DNA of 64,000 nt from Anaerolineae bacterium (GCA_034433515.1 DAOUAL010000065.1:6688-70687); one strand, 5' to 3'; shown: positions 27,281 through 36,794, counted from the stretch's first letter. Notes: generated by a model from the letters alone, not told the origin. Translations and numbers: made by a program.

Positions 27281-28261
27281 TTATTTCTCCTCCGGCATCA
27301 CTGGCATCGGGAGTGCTTCTTTCGATTTGTGGGATTTGCGGGCGAGCGGCTCTTCCGCCGGCGGCGGGACTTGGACGCCGATGCGTGATAACGCCGGGCG
27401 CGCATCCACCACTTCGGCGCCAATCCCCAACGTTGCCGCATCCAACCCGAATGCCAAGCCCATCATCTGGGTAAAGTACAGCACCGGCATCTGATAATTG
27501 GTTTTGTAGTACCGATTCATCGCGCCTTGAAAACCATCGAGGTTCAATTGACACATCGGGCAAACGGTGGCGATGAGATCGGCGTTGTAATCGGCGGCAC
27601 CCTTGACCAATTGATGAATCAAATCAAAGGCCACCGATTCGCTGATCTGGGTCATATGCCCGCCGCAACAATGCGCCTTCATGGGATAATCCACCACTTC
27701 GGCACCCAGGGTCTTGAGCAGTTTATCGAGCGCGGTGGGATATTCCGGATCATCAATCTGCCCATAAAATGCCGGGCGCCCAATCAAGCAGCCATAGTAC
27801 GGCGCAATGCGCAGTCCTTTGAGGGGCTTGGTCACGCGTTGGGCAATGGCGGCATAGCCCACATCGTTGACAAGTACATCCAACAAATGGCGTGTCTTGA
27901 TGGTGCCGGGTTGGTAACTCAATCCGCCTTCAGCGAGCGCGGTGTTTACTTTGGCGGCAAGCGATGCATCTTCGCCGAGATACTTGTCGGCTTTGCTCAA
28001 ATTGAGATAGCACGCACTACACGGTGCAATCATTTCGCGATAGCCATTCATCTTGGACGCCAACGCCAGACTGCGGGCGATCAGGGCGTACGCCGCCATC
28101 CGGTTGAGCGCGATATATTCGGTGGCACCGCAACAGTTCCAATCATCTACCTCAACAAGTTCAATGTCGAGGGCTTGCGCGGCGGCGAGCGTAGATTGCC
28201 AGTAAGGATAACCCGCCGCGCCTTTTTCCAATGAACAGCCGGGATAGATCAGATACTTCAT
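27281..28261 (-). CDS. hdrB: Heterodisulfide reductase subunit B
   Basis: MKYLIYPGCS, DDWNCCGA, AHCCGGH (two CCG domains). Confidence 0.9.
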   Translation of the reverse strand: MKYLIYPGCSLEKGAAGYPYWQSTLAAAQALDIELVEVDDWNCCGATEYIALNRMAAYALIARSLALASKMNGYREMIAPCSACYLNLSKADKYLGEDASLAAKVNTALAEGGLSYQPGTIKTRHLLDVLVNDVGYAAIAQRVTKPLKGLRIAPYYGCLIGRPAFYGQIDDPEYPTALDKLLKTLGAEVVDYPMKAHCCGGHMTQISESVAFDLIHQLVKGAADYNADLIATVCPMCQLNLDGFQGAMNRYYKTNYQMPVLYFTQMMGLAFGLDAATLGIGAEVVDARPALSRIGVQVPPPAEEPLARKSHKSKEALPMPVMPEEK

Positions 28262-28857
28262 GCGTTACCTCCCAGGATGTGCGCGTCGTCTTGTGCTTCC
28301 AATTCTTTGGCTTTGGCAAGAATCGCTTTCAAACCGTCTATCCCTTTGATGCGTTTGGGGGTGAAACTTAAACGCCCTTTGGTGACCATACTGATGCCCA
28401 TATCGGCGATTTTGAACACGCCAAACGGATTGTGCTTGAGCATATGCCGCGACATCAAGCCGAGTTCAAACGCGCGTCCGTAACTCTCGACGGTGGAGAC
28501 AAAGGTCTTGGAGAAATCGGGGGCGATGGATTCGTCAAACAATTGAGTTTTGACCGAGAGACGTTTCAGGGTGTACATCAAATCGGTAACATGGACTTGT
28601 TGGGGACACCGCACCATGCAATAGTAACACGAGACACAGAACCATGGGGTGTTGCTACGCAGGACGGCTTCTTTCATCCCGGCGCGCACCATCGCAAAGA
28701 TTTCGCGAGGGGTATGTTCCATATCTGAGCCAGAGGGACATGAGCCACCGCACGTACCACATTGAATACACATGACGAGGTGTGGTTCGCCGGGTGTGGC
28801 GGCAACAACTTGATCCAAAAAGGTAGTTGGCGGTGCATTGGGCGCAATCGCGTGCAT
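28258..28857 (-). CDS. hdrC: Heterodisulfide reductase subunit C
   Basis: CIQCGTCGGSCP and CVSCYYCMVRCP; ATG 28857 is 8 nt after GGAGG (ORF track start 28875 overlaps that RBS). Confidence 0.85.
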   Translation of the reverse strand: MHAIAPNAPPTTFLDQVVAATPGEPHLVMCIQCGTCGGSCPSGSDMEHTPREIFAMVRAGMKEAVLRSNTPWFCVSCYYCMVRCPQQVHVTDLMYTLKRLSVKTQLFDESIAPDFSKTFVSTVESYGRAFELGLMSRHMLKHNPFGVFKIADMGISMVTKGRLSFTPKRIKGIDGLKAILAKAKELEAQDDAHILGGNA

Positions 28858-29032
28858 AACGTTTTCCTCCATCAAAATCTATAGACCAGTGACTTGCGGG
28901 ATTAATCGGAAACCCAAAGAGGGACGTAACTTCGTTGTTTCGTCCCGCCGCTTGTCTCTAGTGTATGCTATCTTGGCGCGACTGACTATCGGTAAAATTC
29001 TGTATTTTGGAATTACAGAGTTTCTGTATCCA

Positions 29033-29072
29033 TGAAAGAAACAAAACCTGCCAGACGATTGTCTGACAGGTT
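29033..29072 (-). terminator. Rho-independent terminator after response regulator 2
   Basis: AACCTGTCAGAC-AATC-GTCTGGCAGGTT on minus strand (12 bp, 1 mismatch), followed by UUUUGUUUCUUUC. Confidence 0.7.
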
Positions 29073-29095
29073 AAGCCGGCTGGCGCTGCTCTTTA

Positions 29096-29746
29096 TTACA
29101 CGTCCAAGATGCCTTCGCGAATCGCATACTTGATGAGTTCCGCGCTGTTGCGCACCCCCAATTTTTCCATAATGTTGGAACGATGCGTATCCACCGTTTT
29201 GACGCTGATGGACAACTGTTCCGCAATTTGCCGGCTACTCAATCCTTCGGCGATGAGACGCACAATTTGAATTTCGCGTTCGGTGAGGAGGATGGAGTGG
29301 GTGGCATTGGCATCCTGCGATTCGGCGAGGGCGGTAACCACGCGACTGGCGATTTCCGGCGGAAGATATGCCCCGGTGGTATGCACGGCGCGAATGGCTT
29401 GCAGGACCTCTTGCGCGCGGGCGCGTTTGCTGATGTAACCCACCGCACCGGCTTGAAGCAAGGGCATGATATATTCCTTGTTCTCGTGCTGCGTCAACAC
29501 CAACACACGTGTGGCGGGAAATTGTTTGTGAATTTCGCGCGTGGCTTCCAACCCATTCATCACCGGCATCGTAATATCCATCAGCACCACGTCAGGACGC
29601 AATCGCGCGACCGCCTCAATCGCTTGTTTGCCATCCACGACCTGGCCCACAATTTCGATATCTTTGCAACGCGCGACTACCGCGCTAATCCCATCGCGCA
29701 CAATGGCATGATCATCAGCTAACAACACTCGAATTACTTTGGACAT
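29096..29746 (-). CDS. NarL/LuxR-family response regulator (paralog 2)
   Basis: Collinear with 17295-17942 product; same REC and LuxR HTH motifs. Confidence 0.9.
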   Translation of the reverse strand: MSKVIRVLLADDHAIVRDGISAVVARCKDIEIVGQVVDGKQAIEAVARLRPDVVLMDITMPVMNGLEATREIHKQFPATRVLVLTQHENKEYIMPLLQAGAVGYISKRARAQEVLQAIRAVHTTGAYLPPEIASRVVTALAESQDANATHSILLTEREIQIVRLIAEGLSSRQIAEQLSISVKTVDTHRSNIMEKLGVRNSAELIKYAIREGILDV

Positions 29747-31679
29747 GATCTGGTTCCTTTGGTTCGTCTTCTGACCCCATCGCGTTCAAGGGCACGGTGA
29801 TTTGAACGAGCGTTCCCACGCCGGGCGCCGAACGCAAAGTCAATTGACCGCCGATGGCATCAATGCGTTCTTGCATCCCCAGCAAGCCCAAACCCCGGCG
29901 GCTACTCGTCGGCTCAAGCACCGGATTGAGTTCAAAACCGCGTCCATCATCTGCAACGGTGACTTGGAGATGATCGGGGTAAAAATTGAAAACGATTTCC
30001 GCCCGGAGGGCGTCCGAATGCCGCGCGATGTTGTTGATCGCTTCTTGCACCACGCGAAAGAGCGCGGTCTCGATGGCGGGGGGCAAACGACGCGATGTGC
30101 CAGTCTCACGCAGGACAAAACGAATATCCTTTTCGCTCAAGCGCGATTCGGCGTACCAGCGAAGCGCGGGAATCAAGCCCAGATGATCGAGCATCGTGGG
30201 ACGCAAGTCTAAAATGATGCGATGCAATTCTTCCAATGCCGTGTTTGCCAAGGTGTGCATGCGTTCCAATTGCGATTTGATTTCCGGTTCGGTCGTCATT
30301 TCGGCGACATCGTCCAAGGCATACGTCAAACCGGTCAAGACCTGACAGGTTTCGTCGTGTAGTTCACGCGAGATGCGTTTGCGTTCTTCTTCTTGCGCCG
30401 AAAAAACGCGGCGGACCAGTTCGCCACGCATCTGCTCTTTGTGTTGCAACTCGGTATATAACTGGCTGATCTTTTCTTTGGCTTGTTCAATGGCTTCGGT
30501 TCGTTCGCGGACGCGCGCATCCAGTTCCCGATTCCACATTTGGATTTCGGAGATGGACGCTTTGAGGCGTTCGCGCATGGCATCAAACGATTGCGCGAGT
30601 GTGCCAATCTCATCCTGACCTTGAATTTTCAACGGTGTGTCCAAATCGCCGGCAGCGATGCGGCGCGTTGCCGCCGTGAGGGCTTGGACGGGAATGATCA
30701 CGCTTTGGGTGGTCAAGTAAACCAATGCAAGTGCGCCGGCAAGCATAATGATCATCAAGCCAAAGATGCGCATCTGCAATTGACGAATAGACGCAAATAC
30801 TTCATCTTCGCTTTGCCGGACCATCACGCCCCACGGGGCATGTTCAAGGGGCGCAAATGCCATAACCTGGCGTGTGGGCAAAGAATAGGCGTCGGACGGG
30901 GTGTGGCAGTCGTGGCATTGGCTTACGCGAACGCGCCGCTCTTGAATCATCGTGGCAAGACTGGCTTGGTGATCGCTCTGCATACCCACACGATCTTTTT
31001 TTGTACTCGCCAGAATCGTACCGCCGAGATCAATCAAATCAATCTGCCCGGTCTCGCCCAGTCCCACCGGGTCGCTGAACGTGTGAACTGTCGGATTCAG
31101 CAGATCAATGCTGATAACCAGCGCGCCGGTTACACGCCCTTCGGCGTCACGAAGCGGTGCGGCGGCAAGCGTGGCAGAGCCCGCTTCATCGAGGGAGCGC
31201 AGATACCGCGAGGTTGCAAAGGGGCGTCCGTTTAATGCGGCTTGGACGGAGGCGAATTGACTAAAGGTGACCTTGGGGTTGAGGGGAGGATAGGCGGCAA
31301 CCAGATTGCCGGCTTGATCGAGCAGAAAGACGCGCGTGGCGTAGAAACTCAATCGCTGATAGGCAGCGGCAAGGTTCTCCGGATTGTGTTGTGGATCGCG
31401 CCAACCCGGTTGTGCTACGATATCGGTTAGGACATTTTCGATGGCGCTGAGAATATAGTCAATGTGGCGCGCGGTGGTCTGTGCTAGGATCGTACGTTCT
31501 TGGAGGGTGCGTTGGATATTTTCGTTCAGTGCCGTTGTCCCCAGATATGCAAACAAACCCAACAATGACAGCGTGCCCACGACGACAATCACTGCCATCT
31601 TCATCCCTAGCCCGACACTGAACCAGAGGCGTAAGATGGCGTGTTGGATGACACGGACAAGTGATGGCCTGGAGCGCAT
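29715..31679 (-). CDS. Sensor histidine kinase (paralog 2; CXXCH-containing extracytoplasmic domain)
   Basis: Collinear with 17944-19860 product. ATG 31679 is 8 nt after GGAGG (ORF track start 31697). The 3' end overlaps the RR start by 32 nt. Confidence 0.9.
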   Translation of the reverse strand: MRSRPSLVRVIQHAILRLWFSVGLGMKMAVIVVVGTLSLLGLFAYLGTTALNENIQRTLQERTILAQTTARHIDYILSAIENVLTDIVAQPGWRDPQHNPENLAAAYQRLSFYATRVFLLDQAGNLVAAYPPLNPKVTFSQFASVQAALNGRPFATSRYLRSLDEAGSATLAAAPLRDAEGRVTGALVISIDLLNPTVHTFSDPVGLGETGQIDLIDLGGTILASTKKDRVGMQSDHQASLATMIQERRVRVSQCHDCHTPSDAYSLPTRQVMAFAPLEHAPWGVMVRQSEDEVFASIRQLQMRIFGLMIIMLAGALALVYLTTQSVIIPVQALTAATRRIAAGDLDTPLKIQGQDEIGTLAQSFDAMRERLKASISEIQMWNRELDARVRERTEAIEQAKEKISQLYTELQHKEQMRGELVRRVFSAQEEERKRISRELHDETCQVLTGLTYALDDVAEMTTEPEIKSQLERMHTLANTALEELHRIILDLRPTMLDHLGLIPALRWYAESRLSEKDIRFVLRETGTSRRLPPAIETALFRVVQEAINNIARHSDALRAEIVFNFYPDHLQVTVADDGRGFELNPVLEPTSSRRGLGLLGMQERIDAIGGQLTLRSAPGVGTLVQITVPLNAMGSEDEPKEPDHVQSNSSVVS

Positions 31680-31787
31680 GCGACAACCTCCAGCCATGCG
31701 CCAAATGGCGAAACGCGCAATGGACTGTTAATTCTATTCTATCCCATCTAGGGGCTAGCGTCAAAGAGGAGGAACGTTTGTGTAACG

Positions 31788-34334
31788 TTAGCGGGTGAAT
31801 CCGATGTTCGGCTCAAGGATACGGGCTGGATCCCATCGCGCTTTCAGTCCTCGCATCAAGTCGAAACATTCTGGATGATAGCCCCACCGATCAATTTCGG
31901 TGATCCATGGGTCTGGCATCGTCATGAGTATGCCGTAGCCATTCATCGAGAGGGCAGATTGGCGCAAATGCTCAATCCAGGTTTTTGCTTCGCTGAATTG
32001 CTCGTGCTGAATCGTTGTGTAAATTAGACTGCTCGCGATGTCAATCAAGAATGAACTGGTTTCGAGTACATCAGATTGTTCGTGCACGAATTGTTGCACA
32101 CGTTGGGGAGGAATGCCTATTCGCATTTGCCAAGTATCGGATTCAACCCGACTCAAAAGATTCGCCCATCGGTCGGTGCCGGTCAACTCGTTGGTCTGCG
32201 AATACCTTGCACCGGCTTTTTCGATGGTATCGCGCACCTGTGCTAGTTCAGCATCTACCTCCTCTGCCAGACCTTCAGCGGTGTATGCCAACACATAGCG
32301 CGATGCCGGTGAACTTGGAATGCCTTGGGTCAACACAATTGCCGATGCCACTAGGGCGTGGGCTAGCAATTGTTTGCCTAATGCCAACCCGGCTTGCAAT
32401 GCGTCAACCGATATGAGCAGTGTTCGCTGGCAACGTGGACGCGGAAAAAGTTTGAGCGTAACGTCTGTGAGCAGTCCCAGCGTGCCAAACGAACCGACAA
32501 AAATTTTTGGCAAATCATATCCCGCAACATTTTTCACGACCGGTCGCCCAGCGCGGATGATACGTCCATCTGCGAGTACGACCGTCGCCGCCAAAAGTTG
32601 ATCGCGAATCGAACCGTAGAGCAAGCGTTGAGGTGAATTGATGTTCGCGGCGATGAGTCCGCCGACAGTGGCATTGTGCCAAGGTGCGACCAAAGCCACT
32701 TGGCGATGATGCTTGCCTAGAAACGCTTGAACGTGAGCGAGCGGGGTGCCAGCACCAACTTGGATATACAAATCGTCGGGCGCATATTTTTTTATGCCGG
32801 TCAATGCGCTTGTTTCGAGTGTGACTGCATCTTTGACGCGACGGTTGATGTACACGGGTTGTTTGTGCGTAGATAACGCCGTCAAACCGCGCGCGGCTTC
32901 TTCGGCAGTGGTCGGAATGAACACATCACCCAGCATCTCACCCGATGGTGCCGGCTTGTTGTAAGCCGGCATTTTCGATGGAAAAATTTTTCCCGGGTTC
33001 ATCAAGTTCGTCGGATCAAAAACTTGCTTGATGTCCCCCAGCGCGCTCAACTCGGCATCGTTGAACATCAATGGCATATATTCGCGCTTTTCGATGCCAA
33101 TGCCATGTTCGCCGCTAATCGCGCCATCGTGCAGAACCACTTGCTCTAAAATTTCGCCGGCGGCTTGCATCACGCGCGCGATTTCTTCATGGTTCGAGGT
33201 ATCAACTAAAATGGATGGATGCAAGTTGCCATCGCCGGCGTGAAAGACGTGCCCCACGCGCAGTCCGTTCCGTTCGCAAATTTCGTTCGCCGCTTCCAAC
33301 GTCTCAGCAATGCGGCTGCGCGGCACGGTACAGTCAACAGTGAAATGCGGATAAGCGCCGCCGGCACTTTTGCGGCCGTACCAAATCGCGTTACGTTCTT
33401 CTGCGGTGTGCGCAATGCGCAGAGCGAACGCGCCGTGCTGTTCCAGAATCTTGGCGATCTCGTTGATCTGCGGCGATAAACTTGCCGGGTAGCCATCCAC
33501 TTCGACGATGAGCATTGCCCCGGCGTTCACCGGCAATCCCGGATGCACAAATTCTTCGACGAGGCGCATGATGCGTTGATCCATCATCTCCAACGTCGCT
33601 GGCACCAAGCCCGCGGCGATGACTGCCGAAACCGCATCGCCAGCGGTGCGAATCGAGTCGAACGCCGCCATCATCGTTTGCACGCCGATCGGTTGGCGCA
33701 ACAAGCGCGCTTGAATTTTTGTGATGAGGCAGAGCGTCCCTTCGCTGCCAGTGACGATTCCGCAAAAATCATATTCGGGTGCGTCGAGCGCATCGCTGCC
33801 GATGTTTACGATGCGTCCGTCCGCCAAAACGATTTCCAACGCGGTGATGTACTTGGTTGTAACGCCGTACTTGAAGCAATGCGGTCCGCCGGCATTTTCA
33901 GCAACGTTCCCGCCAAGGGTCGCCACGCGCCCGCTGGATGGATCGGGCGGATAGTACAAGCCCTTTGCCTTGACGATGTTATCGAGCGTGAGATTGACCA
34001 TCCCCGGTTCAACGACAACGATACGCGCCGCCGGATCAAATTCGATCAAGCGATCCATCTGCGCAAACTCGACGATGATGCCGCCGTGTTCGGCAACCGC
34101 GCCGCCGGAGCGTCCAGTGCCAGCGCCGCGTCCGATGAGCGGCACCTTGTTTTGAAACGCCCAACGCGCAAGCCGGCTCACTTCTTCGGCTGTGCGTGGA
34201 AAGACGACCGCGTCCGGCGTGCCGCGTTCCAACGCCGAATCCATTTCGTAGGGAATCATTTCGGCCGGATCGGTGAGGATTTGCTCCGGCTTGAAGATGG
34301 TTCGGAGAAACTGTTCGAGGGTTGTTTTCAACAT
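31788..34334 (-). CDS. Fused FAD-linked oxidase: GlcD-like (FAD_binding_4 + C-terminal oxidase domain) + GlcE-like second FAD-binding domain
   Basis: 848 aa; N-terminal half PLIGRGAGTGRSGG.., GEHGIGIEK typical of GlcD/D-lactate dehydrogenase; second half repeats a PCMH-type FAD domain (VGAGT.., NVAGYDL). Confidence 0.8.
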   Translation of the reverse strand: MLKTTLEQFLRTIFKPEQILTDPAEMIPYEMDSALERGTPDAVVFPRTAEEVSRLARWAFQNKVPLIGRGAGTGRSGGAVAEHGGIIVEFAQMDRLIEFDPAARIVVVEPGMVNLTLDNIVKAKGLYYPPDPSSGRVATLGGNVAENAGGPHCFKYGVTTKYITALEIVLADGRIVNIGSDALDAPEYDFCGIVTGSEGTLCLITKIQARLLRQPIGVQTMMAAFDSIRTAGDAVSAVIAAGLVPATLEMMDQRIMRLVEEFVHPGLPVNAGAMLIVEVDGYPASLSPQINEIAKILEQHGAFALRIAHTAEERNAIWYGRKSAGGAYPHFTVDCTVPRSRIAETLEAANEICERNGLRVGHVFHAGDGNLHPSILVDTSNHEEIARVMQAAGEILEQVVLHDGAISGEHGIGIEKREYMPLMFNDAELSALGDIKQVFDPTNLMNPGKIFPSKMPAYNKPAPSGEMLGDVFIPTTAEEAARGLTALSTHKQPVYINRRVKDAVTLETSALTGIKKYAPDDLYIQVGAGTPLAHVQAFLGKHHRQVALVAPWHNATVGGLIAANINSPQRLLYGSIRDQLLAATVVLADGRIIRAGRPVVKNVAGYDLPKIFVGSFGTLGLLTDVTLKLFPRPRCQRTLLISVDALQAGLALGKQLLAHALVASAIVLTQGIPSSPASRYVLAYTAEGLAEEVDAELAQVRDTIEKAGARYSQTNELTGTDRWANLLSRVESDTWQMRIGIPPQRVQQFVHEQSDVLETSSFLIDIASSLIYTTIQHEQFSEAKTWIEHLRQSALSMNGYGILMTMPDPWITEIDRWGYHPECFDLMRGLKARWDPARILEPNIGFTR

Positions 34335-34335
34335 T

Positions 34336-34974
34336 TTACAATGGTTCGCCGGGATGAATCGAACCGGCTAACCACGCTTTACCTTCGGCGTACAATTTTT
34401 CGATGGCGGGTCCGCGCAAGCCGGGCAGATGTTCTTTCACTATGAATCCATTCTTCACTTGCACGTACGCCAGATGGCGATAACCTTCCGGAAATCGCGC
34501 AAGCAATTCGGCATCGAGTTTCAAGGTTGCCGCTGGGTCAACGGGGTCAAGGCGATCTTTTTCGTAAATGGGCTGACGTCGAATGATACCCCACCGACCG
34601 GCGCGCTTTTCCAAGAAATCGTAAAAGCGTCCCCAGCATACCACATCTACCAGAACGCCGTCAACCGGCGCACGTTGATTGATCGTCATCTTGACTTGGG
34701 AGACGGCACGATTGCCCACCATGTCGCACGTCCAACCGCCAAGGGTATGCAAGATGTTGACGCCCTTGTTGAAACCCTCACGACTTGCTTCGATAAATTT
34801 CTGCGCGGGTCCCTGAAACCATGTTGCCGTCATCCAACCATCCGAATGCCAGACGGTCGCAAAGCGCTCCCAATCGCCGGCGTCGCGCCACAAGACCCAG
34901 TTCTCAATGATCTCGCGGATAGCAAGTTTATCAAAGGTTAGATCGTTCACTCTCCTCCTTCGAGAATGATCCAT
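34336..34974 (-). CDS. SnoaL-like / NTF2-fold protein
   Basis: 212 aa; IENWVLWRDAGDWERFATVWH..DG pattern of SnoaL_4-type proteins; 1-nt gap to downstream gene. Confidence 0.55.
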   Translation of the reverse strand: MDHSRRRRVNDLTFDKLAIREIIENWVLWRDAGDWERFATVWHSDGWMTATWFQGPAQKFIEASREGFNKGVNILHTLGGWTCDMVGNRAVSQVKMTINQRAPVDGVLVDVVCWGRFYDFLEKRAGRWGIIRRQPIYEKDRLDPVDPAATLKLDAELLARFPEGYRHLAYVQVKNGFIVKEHLPGLRGPAIEKLYAEGKAWLAGSIHPGEPL

Positions 34975-34990
34975 GAATGGACATGAATTG

Positions 34991-35036
34991 TTTGAAAACT
35001 ACTCCCGACAGATTTGTTAACTCTATCGGGAGTAGT
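34991..35036 (-). terminator. Terminator after esterase gene
   Basis: ACTACTCCCGA / TCGGGAGTAGT 11-bp perfect stem, 17-nt loop; UUUUC follows on minus strand. Confidence 0.6.
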
Positions 35037-35076
35037 CCCTTTCTTCCTTTTATCACTGCTGCGAGGAATCTGTCAA

Positions 35077-36654
35077 CTATTTTGGATTCGCACACGTAAA
35101 GTTTGCCGCGTCGTTGATGTCGCCGCTACCCTTGTACGTTTCAACTTGCGGATACGCGCAGAGTGGGCGGGTCAAATCTACCTTACCAGCCGTCGTATGT
35201 GATGCGGGAATAGATTCAGGCGCCTGACCTTTTTCCACCCAGTTCGAGATGGCAGTAAGCAGGTCGGCTGTGCTAGGCGTACCGCCATCTCCACCACCGC
35301 AGTGTCCCATCCCGGGTGACATAAAGAGGCGCACGAAGGTTTGGGCGTTGGCGGCGCCACCTTGCATGGCGACCACGCTCTCATAATAGTTGACGGTGTT
35401 GCGTGGCGCGATGTTCTGATCGTTCCAACCGTGGTACAAGATCAACTTGCCGCCGGCATTCTTGAAACTGCCAATGTCCGGGTCGGTTGAGTTCAGCACG
35501 GCGCGCAATTTGGCATCGGCATCGTACAAAAGTTGGAAGGTCTTGGGATCGGCAAAGTCAAATGTTTTCCAATCCCAGTTCATATCGGCAAAGTAAAAGT
35601 ACTTGAAGTACGCCAGCGGCGGTCCCCCGGCGTTGTAAATGCGATTCGCCCACAGCAACTCACTGCCGACTTCGTAGGGGAACCAAAACTGTTTGCCCGT
35701 CGTTGGGTCTTTGAGTCCGCCGTAGATGGCTTTGACGGTGGCGACTTGGGCTGGTGTTAGACATTCGTTGTTGTCAGCACCGGTGCACTGAATCTTGGCG
35801 GGATCAAAGTTGCATTTGCGCGGGTCTTGGATAATTCCATCCTTGACATTATCCAATTCATCACAAGCGGCGAGTGCCGCTTTATGGAGCGCCGGTAATT
35901 TTTCCGACGGGAGGCGGCTGGCAGCATCGCGATTGTTCAGCCACTGCGCCCATTGTTCGCCGGGCCACATGTGGGTCACATTGTTCGCTGGCGCGCCAGC
36001 CACAACACCATTGTAATCCATCGGATAGCGTTGAACTTCGGACAGGGCTTGCCCACCGCCGCCCGAACAACCGGTAAAGTACGAATACTTGGGTGCTTGA
36101 CCATAGTATGCTTGGATGATCATCTTGGCATTCAGCGTCATCACATGAATGCCGCGCGAGGCAAAGTCCACGAGCAATTCCGGGCGCCCCATCGCCCAAC
36201 TGCCATTGCCGCCGACATGCCCGGTGTCCGTACTGGCTGTGGCATAGTTGAGGCGGAGTGCGGTGTTCATTGCATTGTAGTTGATCGAACCTGCCAAGCC
36301 GCCATTGCCAACCCCGTTGAACTTGCCGTTCCAGTTTGCCGACATCGGCATCCAGACCTCAAACCGGACTTCGGGTTCCACCACACCGGCGACGCGGCAG
36401 AATGCCTGGGTCGGTGTAATCGGCGCGGTCATATAGGGTGGAACAAAAGCTTTACCCGCCTCGCGCGTTTCTGCCAATGTGATCGTCGTCTGCGGCAAAT
36501 CGAGATACTTGAGACTCTCGCACAGACCAGCAACTTGGACATTCGGAGCGGGTTGAATTGGCGTAGCTGACAGTGCCGGTGTTGCCAACAGTCCCGTCAA
36601 AGCAACGAGTGACAAACCGAGTGCGCTGGAAGCGAACCACATCGTACGTTTCAT
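35077..36654 (-). CDS. Tannase/feruloyl esterase family hydrolase, secreted
   Basis: FTGCSGGGGQAL nucleophile motif, PGMGHCGGG; signal peptide MKRTMWFASSALGLSLVALTGLLATPALSA; ATG 36654 after GGAGGAG. Confidence 0.8.
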   Translation of the reverse strand: MKRTMWFASSALGLSLVALTGLLATPALSATPIQPAPNVQVAGLCESLKYLDLPQTTITLAETREAGKAFVPPYMTAPITPTQAFCRVAGVVEPEVRFEVWMPMSANWNGKFNGVGNGGLAGSINYNAMNTALRLNYATASTDTGHVGGNGSWAMGRPELLVDFASRGIHVMTLNAKMIIQAYYGQAPKYSYFTGCSGGGGQALSEVQRYPMDYNGVVAGAPANNVTHMWPGEQWAQWLNNRDAASRLPSEKLPALHKAALAACDELDNVKDGIIQDPRKCNFDPAKIQCTGADNNECLTPAQVATVKAIYGGLKDPTTGKQFWFPYEVGSELLWANRIYNAGGPPLAYFKYFYFADMNWDWKTFDFADPKTFQLLYDADAKLRAVLNSTDPDIGSFKNAGGKLILYHGWNDQNIAPRNTVNYYESVVAMQGGAANAQTFVRLFMSPGMGHCGGGDGGTPSTADLLTAISNWVEKGQAPESIPASHTTAGKVDLTRPLCAYPQVETYKGSGDINDAANFTCANPK

Positions 36655-36794
36655 TTTGATCTCCTCCAGTTTGTTCATCTGAAAACATTTAGCTAAACGA
36701 TGTGTCCTGCCGGGCACGGCACCGAATTGCTTGGCTGTTCACCTCCTTGGACGACTCGCCGATGGATCGCAGTCGTCGCGGCTTTACAAACCCG

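Noticed and set aside
33543-34445. 300-aa plus-strand ORF
   Set aside because: It is antisense to the GlcD-GlcE fusion gene and has no supporting motifs.
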